Position numbers and translations under genes: made by a program
Shown: positions 53,870 to 64,000 of the stretch, in pieces
Layout: each line of letters starts with the position of its first letter
How positions within the stretch are numbered: the stretch's first letter is position 1
Source of the DNA: Octopus sinensis
Lineage: Eukaryota
DNA length: 64,000 nucleotides
Assembly (NCBI RefSeq): GCF_006345805.1
Contig: NC_043014.1
Coordinates: 25,792,001 to 25,856,000 of the forward strand
Direction of reading: 5' to 3'
Notes under the pieces: model-generated
The model's database searches: none
What the model saw: the letters and a program-made list of their open reading frames with translations, nothing else
What the model was told of the DNA's origin: nothing

Positions 53870-54209
53870 GTAGTGGGGGAGCATCATAGCCATGTGTTGA
53901 GAGGGATTCTTTGGGGTTTGAATAGTTCACCTCTGGAAACATGGGTGGTTCTTTCAACATCCTTAAACAACCCTTATTCAGGGACCGTTTGAGCGGGATG
54001 GGCTACTCAACCTGAAGAAAATTCTAACTGGGCCCCACCTGCAAGGTCATGTGCTGTTTATCTTGATATGAGATCACCATGTGGCGCACATATGGTTGTG
54101 ATGCATGTGACTGGTGTACCTTTATCAGACGGGTAGTCATGATGGGTATATTGGGCTTCGTATATTTTACCCCAGTGTCACTTTGATGGCATGAACTGCT
54201 CTCTCACTC

Positions 54210-54210
<1 letters not shown>
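53870..54210 (+). mobile_element. Non-coding (TAA)n-tailed interspersed repeat (other copies 59665-60175, 60545-60770, fragment 53293-53317)
   Basis: Homologous blocks; the 53870 and 59665 copies end ctctctcactcaa(taa)n. Confidence 0.75.
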
Positions 54211-54276
<66 letters not shown>

Positions 54277-54294
54277 TTAATAATAATAATAAGA

Positions 54295-57200
54295 AGAAGA
54301 AGGCGGCCGGACGTGACAGAGGATGGACGTATTTTTACGATGCTCTGAACTGGCAACAGCGAACCCAGCAGGACAACTGAAAAAAACAACTGTAGAAAAC
54401 TGGAAGATCTACTGCTTTCTGTGAGTAATTTGAATTTCCCTCAAAATAAGTTAAAAAAAACTTACATATCTACAGCTCATACAAACGTACACCTAACAAG
54501 AAAAATTAGAAACATAAATATCTCCAATTCTGTGTGAACATTTACATTTAGTCGTCTCTCATGACTATAAGAATGTGTAAAATTGCCTTTTAAATTACCT
54601 TTTATTGTAACAACACAATTAAATGCACGATAAAAAGTTATGGAATTAAGCACCTACTAATATATACATACAACTGAATTCAGAAATTTAAAAAATATAT
54701 ACATAACATTGAACTCAGAAAGTTTTTTTTTTTTAAATCATCGACGTAAACATCAGATAATATGTGTGAGTGGGTATACATATACATATACATATGTATG
54801 TGGAGAGAAAGAAAAGAGAAAGGAAAGGAAAAAAAAAGATAAATGTAAACAGGTTTGACCTTTTACTGACCATTAACGTCCTTTGTCTCCACCATCTGCC
54901 GAATCTATTTATAGACCCAAAGAACATGAATTCTTTAACCAACCATTCTCCCACACAACGCAGTGTTGATGGTGACTGTGGCTACGCATAAAACAATGTC
55001 ATTGATGATGATGATGGTGATGGTGAGGTTGCTGATGATGGTGATGGTTTTGAAGGTGATAGTAATAACAATAATAACTGACAGATCCCGTCTTTTTCCC
55101 TTTCTTTTCGTTTCCTTCTCCGTATTTTACTCTCATTATTTCGAACTAATACAGGCAGAGTGAGCCTTGAAGAAAGGAAGAGGAGGAACAAAAAAAAAAT
55201 GTCCGGAGATAAAACTATCAACAAAAAAAAAAAACAGACGAATATAGATCTGCTAGTCTTAAGAAGCTGCGCTATGAGCAATGCTTACATGTAGAGAACC
55301 CTAAACTGACAGCTCCATCTCCTAATATAAGAATGGATGCTCGTCATGCTTCAAGGTCAACAAATCAAACAATAAACCGCATTGGTCGTTGCGCGGATTA
55401 CAAAAGACCACATACCCGAAAATTGAACCAAATTCTGATTGAAAAATCAGCTACTGGATCAAATCTTCCCAACACACAGGAGCTGGACGTACCCCACAAC
55501 CGAAATATTCCAACAGATGGCCATCTATGCTCATCACCAAATAATCAAAAGAAAAAGAAGGAGAAATGGTCTAGGGAAGATAATAAAGAAGTTCTTGAGG
55601 CCTTCTACCATGCCATATATTTCCCCACAGATAAATCTAGCACTGTACAAGCATACTTAAACTGGAGACAGAAACACCCTGAAGTAAGACCCTACATAGA
55701 CAGTAACAAACTTGCCAACGTCAGAAGAAACATTATAAAAAAAAAATTACTGACTGAAGTAGAGATTGATCAAGTTAGACAAACAATATCGGATAAAATG
55801 AACGAAGCTGCAGCTAGAGAAGATAATACAGAGGAAATAATTATAGACCAGCCCAGGGCTGATAAAAACGAAGTGAAGATTGAAGAGTAAGTATAAGTGA
55901 TAGGCAAAGTGAAATACTCCCTGAACCAATCATAAACACTAAGACAGATGAGCATCAAATAGATAAAGAAAGTCACACAAATATTGACCCAACAGAACTA
56001 CATGAGCTAAAAAATCAAATCATGATTGAATGACTGAAAATTAAAGAAACCAGCATGGATGAACGTGATACACTTTCTAAAATCCGCAACTCTAACCAAA
56101 ACATGAAAATAATTGGTAAAATCCGGCTTGCACTTAAGGATATAATTTAAGCTAATGATGTTGATATCACAAACCTCAACCACCTATACTATGCATCCGC
56201 GAAAATCTCAACGATCCTATGTGGTGTAAAGATTAGAAAACGGCAACATTCCCACAAAAAGCCTTCTTGGCAAGAGCGTCTGCAACAACAAATTAAAATA
56301 TTTAGATCTGACATTGAATATTTGAAAAGCCTTAAGGCTCACAAGACTACCAAACCTACAAAAACCCAAAAATTACTGAAAAAATACAATATGAAAACTA
56401 TACTTGATATTGATGCCACCATAGAAACCATCAACAAAAGGTATCTGCCAAAGCTGCCCGCATAGCGAGGTATGAAAAGCGTGTTAGATTTTTCAAGGAC
56501 AACAACATGTTCAAAAATAACACCAAGAATTTTTACAGGAAGATAGGAAAAACAGCGTTTACTGCAAGGTCTGTACCATCAAAAGAAGAAGTGCAGGGAT
56601 TTTGGAATAAAATCTGGGCAGAAGAAAAAACACACAACGAAAAGGCCCCCTGGATTGACAGAATATCTACAGAACTGAACTCCTTAGAAGAGCAAAAGTG
56701 GGAGGGTGTCAAGGTAGAAGATATAAGATCTGCTGTCAGGAGGTCAAGCAAATGGAAGTCTCCAGGAAAGGATAAAATTCCTAACTTCTGGCTGAATGCC
56801 TTCCCAGAGAGCCATGAACTGCTATTGTACAATGATGTTTTGCAACACCCTAGTAGGATGCCTCCTTGGCTAGTTAATGGGTTAACATTCCTGCTTCCAA
56901 AAAGTGAAGAAACAAATAAACACAAAAAACTATAGACCCATAACCTGCTTAACAACTATGTACAAAACACTAACATCTGTCCTGACGGAATATACCTATA
57001 GTTTTTTAACAGACAGCAGCATATTCCCTAATGAACAGAAAGGATGTAAATGTGGATCCTACGGCTGTAAAGACCAACTACTCATCAATAAGATGATCTT
57101 AAAAGATTGTCACAAACGACACAAAACTTATCAATAGCCTGGATAGACTATAAAAAGGCTTTTGATAGCCTACCACATAGCTGGATTAGGAAATGCCTGG

Positions 57201-58864
57201 AAATGTATAAGATAGCACCTACTCTGCGAAACTTCTTGACTGTAAGTATGAGATCATGGAGAATCACACTAACTCTGAACAGTGACAATGAATCTCTAAA
57301 TGCTGGTGATGAAAAATTTCGTGTGGCATTTTCCAGGGTGACTCACTGTTACCACTCCTCTTTTGTTTATCCTTAATACCTCTCTCAAAACTGCTCAGTG
57401 ACGCGCAGTACGGGTATAAAATGTTTGATAAAAATATAAATCATCTCATTTACGTGGATGATTTAAAGCTTTTTGCAAAAAATGACCAACAACTCAAGGG
57501 CTTACTAGCGATAGTCAAACAATTCAGTGACGACATCAGAATGCAATTCGGCCTCGATAAATGTGCAAAAGCTACCTTTATCAAAGGGAAAATGACAGAA
57601 ACATCTAACGTTAACCTTGACCAGCAGAATGTCATAAAAGAACTAGACCCAGCGGAGAGCTACAAGTGCCTAGGGGTAATTGAAGGGAACGGAATAAGGC
57701 ATTCAGAGATGAAGGAAAGGATCAGGAGAGAATGCTATCGAAGAGTGAGAGCAATACTCAAGACAGAGCTGAATGCAAGAAACAGGATCGAAGCGATCAA
57801 TGCATTAGCCATACCAGTCGTGACTTACAGTTTCAACATTGTTAACTGGTCAATTACTGAAATATGTCAGCTCGACAGAAAAATAAGGAAACTGTTGACA
57901 ATGCATAGAATGCACCACCCTAAGGCAGATAGAGAACGACTCTATCTGCCAAGAAAAGAGGGAGGCCGTGGACTTTTGCAACTGGCAATAACAATGAAGA
58001 TTGCTACAATTGGCCTAGACACCTACCTGAAAAACTCTGAGGACTGGATGTTAAAACTTGTCTCAAAACATGAAAACAAGAAAGCATCATACTCAGTCAC
58101 AAAACAGGCAAAGGAATATCTAAATGAATTCCGAATACAACCAATTTCGGAATTAGAGATAGTCATACAAGAAACAAGCACAGAAAAAGCTAGGTGCATG
58201 AAAACCCGTGCCAAAACTGCGGCCTTAGATATTCTGAATAATAAATGGCAAGAAAAACCTCTCTATGGCAAATACCCAAAGAGAGCGAATAATGCAGATA
58301 TCGACAAAGCCCTGACCCATCAATGGCTAATGGCCTCTGGCTTAAAATCTGAAACAGAGGGGTTTATCATAGCAGCTCAAGATCAATGCCTACCAACAAG
58401 AAACTACCAAGCCAACATATTAAAGAACGGCAGTAGCCCAACATGTCGTGTATGCCGACAACAAAATGAAACCATTGATCATGTTGTCTCTAAATGCAGT
58501 CTTCTAGCGCATACAGAGTACCTCAGTAGGCATGATAGAGCTGCACAATATATTCACTGGGTAATTTGAAAAAACCTGGATTTGCCCCATGAAAAAAACT
58601 GGTGGGAACACAATCCACCTCCAGTGCTTGAAAATGACCACATCTCACTCCTCTGGAACTTCACCATTCAAACTGACAGGAAGATAGATGCAAATAGGCA
58701 AATAGGTACAACACCAAAAAAAAACCGAGAAAGAAAAAGGGAAAAGGAAAAGGGGACCCCCCCCCCCAAATATATGGCACAGAACTTCCAACCTGTTGTC
58801 TCTTGAGGTCTCTGGGAGAGACTTGGAGCCAACTTGTACAGACATAAAGCAAAAGTCAAACATA

Positions 58865-58961
<97 letters not shown>

Positions 58962-59600
58962 ATAATAATAATATTATTATTATTATTAATAATAATAATA
59001 ATAATAATACACCATTCAAACTGACAGAAAGATAGATGCAAATAGGCCAGATATCATATTGAAAGACTTCAAACAAAGAACATGCCTCCTCATTGATATG
59101 ACTGTCCCAATCGATATAAACGTATCTGTCAAGACCTACCAAAAGCTGAGCAAATATAAAGATCTTGAAATAGAAATCAGCAAAATGTGGAACCTGAAGA
59201 CTAAAACAATACCTGTTGTCATAGGTGCCCTGGGAATGATAGCAAAAGGGGCTGATAGCTACCTAACTCAGATACCAGGAAACCCAAAAATGGCAGAAAT
59301 TCAAAAGATAGTGCCCATGGAAATTGCTCATATCCTACGCAAAATACTTTCTATGTAATCTCAAGGTTTAAAACAAACATACTTTTCGGTTTTAAAAAAA
59401 AATTAAAAAAAAAAAAATTTTTTTTTTTTAGACATTCATTAGTACAACACCAACCCCCCCCCAATATATGGCACACTAGGCATAACAACAACACGAACTT
59501 CCAACCTGTTGTCTCTTGAGGTCTCTGGGTGAGACTTGGAGCCAACTTGTACAAATATAAAGCAAAAGTCAAACATAGAATAATAATAATAATAATAATG

Positions 59601-59650
<50 letters not shown>

Positions 59651-59660
59651 TAATAATAAC
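54295..59660 (+). mobile_element. R4/Dong-type RLE non-LTR retrotransposon in (TAA)n, near full length, defective
   Basis: ORF pieces 55333-59358: WKSPGKD, YRPITCL, WIDYKKAFDS, HLIYVDDLK, LYLPRKEGGRGL, CRVC..ETIDHVVSKC, RHD, RPDII..IDMTVP. (TAA)n on both sides; 5' boundary uncertain. Confidence 0.88.
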
Positions 59661-60172
59661 AATACAGGCAGTGGCTCTCATGGTGTCTGATCTTATCATG
59701 TACATGTGTTATCTTGGTATAAAGATGGGCTACATCAAATATTTTGCTCAATACCACAGATTTGCATGTCAGCCGAGCATGTCTCTTAGTGGTTGAAGAT
59801 ATGAGCAACGCTGATCACGGGTAGAAGTAGTAGGGGAGCATCATAGCTATCTGTTGAGAGGAATTCTTTGGCCTTCGAATGATTCACTTGTGGAAACATA
59901 GGTTTCATTCATCATCCTTAAAAAAACCTTATTCAGGGACCTTTTGAGTGGGATGGGCTACTCGACCCGAAGAAAATTCTGACTGGGCCCCACCTGCAAG
60001 GTCACGCGCTGTTTATCTTGTTATAAGATCACTATGTCGCACACAAATGGTTGTGATGCACATGCCTGGCGTAATCTTTTCAGACGGGTAATCATGATGG
60101 GTATACTAGGATTCGTATATTTATACCCCATACCCCAGTATCACTTTGATGACATGCGCTGCTCTCTCACTC

Positions 60173-60218
<46 letters not shown>

Positions 60219-60235
60219 GTAATAATAATAATTCA

Positions 60236-61950
60236 TTCTTTTATTGACCATGAGAGCTAATGTAAAGATACATAAAATTACATGACACATAAACGAAAAC
60301 ACAAGACGATACAATGGGTTTTCAAATCGAGTAAATGTTATAAAGAACAAAAACTCAGGGGAAGCGCTTTAACATCCTCGTGGAAATGCCCACAAAAGCC
60401 ACGGGTGTCTGATCAGCCTGGCAAGAGCCCTTCTCCTTTAATTTTTTACAGGTGTATGCTCAGAACTGGTCCTTTCACATTGGCCATTCTTCCAGCAAGT
60501 CAACTTGTACAAACACAAAGCAAAAGTCAAACATATAATAATATGCCTTGATGCAGTACCAAGCCGTGGCTCTCATGGTTTCTGATCTCAACTGATTGAA
60601 AGTGTTATCATGTACATTGTTTTGTCTTGGTATAAAATATGGGCTACAGCAAATATTCTGCTCAACACAACAGATTTACTTGTCAGTTGTTTGACCTTAA
60701 CCAGTTGAGCATGTTCCTTAGTGGCTGACGATGTGTGCATCTCTGATCACAAACAGAAGTGGGGGAGCAAGAAATTACGTGTAAACAATAAAAACAATAA
60801 TAATTAACAACAATAACTAAACACTGAAATTTCCTAAAGGGGGAAGCTCCACCCAGGATCAACCAAGAATCCTTACACATCTTCGTCACCCCGACTGTCA
60901 AGGACACCTTAGGCGGACCCCTCTCTCCTCAACCTCTCCAGCATACAAGCATATGTGCAGGGAGGCCCATTCACACGGGCCATCCTTGCTGCATTCACCC
61001 ACTCCCCCAAAATACTGATGGGTGAAAATACTGATTCACGGGGGAATGAAGAACTTTCCTCTCCACCTGCACTCATCCCTTGTGTTGTATTGTCCTAGAG
61101 AGGGACAATATAATTCAATGGACAAGTGGTGTTTGAAACAACGTCGAGTATACAATAAGTAATAATAACGGTTAACAGTACAATTAAACAATAAAAAATC
61201 CCCACAATGGAGGACTTCCTCACAGGGACAACCAAGGAACCCCCCACATACTGGTTACTCCGACTACCGGGTGCACCTCAGCAGGGACCCCTCTCCTCAA
61301 CTCTTCCGGTTTACAAGCAAATTTTCAGAGTAGGTCCATTCACGCGAGTCATCTTCGCCACATTCGCCCCGCCTTTCAATGAAAATACTAGGGAGAAGTA
61401 CTTCCCTTTTCACCCTCACTTCCCTTTTCAAGTGGAACTTGAAAAGTCTATGAGAGCTTGATCGAAGAGGAAAGTATCTGTTTTCAATTCTTTCAAATTC
61501 GTCCACCACACTATCTCTTTCGCCATTACCTGCAGACAGAGGAAAACAGTCGAACCTAACCGGCTAAATCAAGGCGGTGGGGCGATCTTCATGATAAACT
61601 CGGCTAATAACTGGGTCCGTCCTACGTGCGTCAATAGCTGTTCGACAAAGCTTGATAAGTCAGCAACGCACGGACACTGGTCGAATTCACGCAAAACAGT
61701 TTCATCGCGCTTCTCAGACAGGTCCGTTCTAACAGCATTTCCGTGCCTGTAGAGTTTCTCTCGGAACCGCGGAGCTTCCCGGCAACACTGCCAATCCAAG
61801 GATTTCTGGAAATTATGCATAGGAATGTTTGACGGCCAGAGCTTCATCCCTGAAGGCAACTGAAATATCTACAAATTGCTTCGCGTGGGAAGCCTCTCAA
61901 CGCCTCAAATTTCTGCAGTAGTAGCTTAAGAGCTAGCGCATACAGAGACG
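60236..61950 (-). mobile_element. Stacked decayed Tx1/L1-type 3' ends
   Basis: QCPCVADL, FKFHLKREVRVKREVL remnants; repeated block acaggtgtatgctcag..ggtcc(a/t)ttcac at ~60450, ~60945 and ~61310; tail ..ctcatggtcAATAAAgaat. Confidence 0.55.
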
Positions 61951-62589
61951 AAAGGGGACCCTATGACAAGCGAATATTCAGAGTAGGCCCTCACATATAC
62001 ACACACACACATTCTTTGCTTTGTCCTGTACTGTCCATAATGTTTTTTTCTTAATGTAAACCCTTACGGTTAATAAAGTAATCACTATTCGTTTATTGGC
62101 CACAAGGGCTTACATAAAATTACAATAAAACACATACAACATAAAAGACAAAAACAAGACGATACACAAGTCTATATTTAAGAGATGAGGAATTATGTAC
62201 ATTATTTACATTTGGCGGATATTTGTCCTTATCTTATTTGTGGTGTCTGTGTGTTGTCTAAGGTATTTCACTAGGGCTATGTTGTCGGTGTCGATGGCTG
62301 TGAGGCTGGTGGTGCTTGTGCTGTTTGTTTATGTCGGTGTTTGAGGTGGTAGTGCTGGTGTTGTTATTGCTGTTGGTTATTGCGTGTGTGTATTGCTGCA
62401 GTTGGATATTTCCTCTCCTCTGCGCCTCCCCCTCTTTTATTCCACTGTCTTTTGTTTTCTGTTTTTGGGGGTAACAGTTTGCCACTCCCCCCTTCTCGAC
62501 CTCAATGCTCGAACAGTCCAAGTTGTTTTGATTGGAAAGGGGGTTATTCTCTGGCTGCTCCTTTTTTTGGTGGTGTTCATATGTTGTTG

Positions 62590-63552
62590 TTGTTGGTGGT
62601 GGTGGTACTCCGGCTGGCGTTGGTGGTACTCTGGTTGGCGTTGGTGGTACTCCGGCTGGTGTTGGTGGGACTCCGGCTGGTGTTGGTGTTACTCAGGTTG
62701 GCGTTGGTGGTACTCCGGCTGGTGTTGGTGGAACTCCAGTTGGTGTTGGTGGTACTCCTGCTGGTGTTGGTGGTACTCTGGCTGGTGTTGGTGGTACTCT
62801 GGCTGGTGTTGGTGGTACTCAGGTTGGTGTTGGTGGTACACCGGCTGGTGTTGGTGGTACTCAGGTTGGTGTTGGTGGTACTCCGCTGGTGTTGGTGGTA
62901 CTCCAGTTGGTGTTGGTGGTACTCAGGTTGGTGTTGGTGGTACTCCGCTGGTGTTGGTGGTACTCCAGTTGGTGTTGGTGGTACTCCGGCTGGTGTTGGT
63001 GGTACTCAGGTTGGTGTTGGTGGTACTCCAGCTGGTGTTAGTGCTTCTCCAGCTGGTGTTGGTGGTACTCAGGTTGGTGTTGGTGGTACTCCGCTGGTGT
63101 TGGTGGTACTCCAGTTGGTGTTGGTGGTACTCCAGTTGGTGTTGGTGGTACTCCTGCTGGTGTTGGTGGTACTCTGGCTGGTGTTGGTGGTACTCAGGTT
63201 GGTGTTAGTGGTACTCCGCTGGTGTTGATGGTACTCCAGCTGGTGTTGGTGTTGGTGGTACTCCGGCTGGTGTTGGTGGTACTCCAGCTGGTGTTGGTGG
63301 TACTCCTGCTGGTGTTGGTGGTACTCCGGCTGGTGTTGGTGGTACTCCAGCTGGTGTTGGTGGTACTCAGGTTGGTGTTGGTGGTACTCCGGCTGGTGTT
63401 GGTGGTACTCCTGCTGGTGTTGGTGGTACTCAGGTTGGTGTTGGTGGTACTCCAGCTGGTGTTGGTGGTACTCAGGTTGGTGTTGGTGGTACTCCAGCTG
63501 GTGTTGGTGGTACTCCGGCTGGTGTTGGTGGTATTCCGGCTGGTGTTGGTTT
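62590..63552. repeat. 21-bp minisatellite (gctggtgttggtggtactccr), roughly 45 units
   Basis: Seen directly; occasional 20-bp units shift the frame. Confidence 0.95.
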
Positions 63553-64000
63553 TACTTCGGCTGGTGATTTTGGTTGTTCTCTGCTGCTGCACTGGAGCGG
63601 CCCTCGCTTCTGTTGACGCAGCTTTTTTTCATTTCTTTGTATTTGCGGCAGTCGACCTTGAGGTGCTGGTCGTCCCCACAAAAGTAGCACCTTGGACGCC
63701 TGCCCTTCACGACCACGTGCAGTACCGTGTCGTCTGGTAAATTTATGGCGTCAGGGATTGAATTTATGGCTTCTTGTTCAATTTGAACAAGAAGCTCTGA
63801 TCCCTGACCCATCCAGTTTTGTTGATGCAATTTATGTACCACCAGTATATTGGTGATGTCCTCTATATCATAGAGGACAGCTGCAACCAGCCAGCCTACA
63901 TTTACTTCGCGGGGCACCACCCCAATTTTAATTTTCGTCAAGCGCCGACCAAGGTATGTCAACACGAGCAGGAATTCGTCTGTTTGTAGGGGCACAGTGG
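63552..64000 (-). CDS. Second, divergent L1/Tx1-type ORF1 with CCHC knuckle (starts beyond window)
   Basis: TYLGRRLTKIKIGVVP..LVAAVL..VVVKGRRPRCYFCGDDQHLKVDC aligns with SYLNRRTTRIRVEGIP..LITAAVI..VWVEGRAPRCYKCGQRGHIRAYC. Confidence 0.8.
   Translation of the reverse strand, partial: TVPLQTDEFLLVLTYLGRRLTKIKIGVVPREVNVGWLVAAVLYDIEDITNILVVHKLHQQNWMGQGSELLVQIEQEAINSIPDAINLPDDTVLHVVVKGRRPRCYFCGDDQHLKVDCRKYKEMKKSCVNRSEGRSSAAAENNQNHQPK

Noticed and set aside
54465-54491. ag..gtaagt 27-nt mini-exon candidate for the protease gene
   Set aside because: No protease similarity, and it does not supply the expected GWG-containing phase-1 exon.
62380-63740. Plus-strand Leu/Val- or Trp/Cys-rich ORFs
   Set aside because: Antisense readings of the 21-bp minisatellite.

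Overview
Eukaryotic, AT-rich, microsatellite-dense genomic DNA. The SINE/LINE repertoire points to a cephalopod, probably Octopus (inference). The only host gene I can support is the last three coding exons of a trypsin-like S1 serine protease (- strand, 47479-53246). The rest is mostly transposon debris: CR1/L2-type, RTE and Tx1/L1-type LINEs, a (TAA)n-flanked R4/Dong-type retrotransposon, mariner, Tc1, Helitrons, a non-autonomous LTR element, a Penelope GIY-YIG fragment and tRNA-derived SINEs. Three signals stand out. (1) A ~544-bp x 5.6 tandem array in which every unit carries a minimal type-I hammerhead ribozyme motif (retrozyme-like). It is accompanied by several unrelated hammerhead motifs in fold-back elements that show C3-G8, U3-A8 and G3-C8 core covariation. 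(2) Gag/ORF1-only zinc-knuckle retroelements, one in head-to-tail tandem, with LINE-like 3' tails. (3) A tRNA-Ala 5' fragment fused to a LINE 3' tail. All RNA structures were folded by eye and none has been tested.
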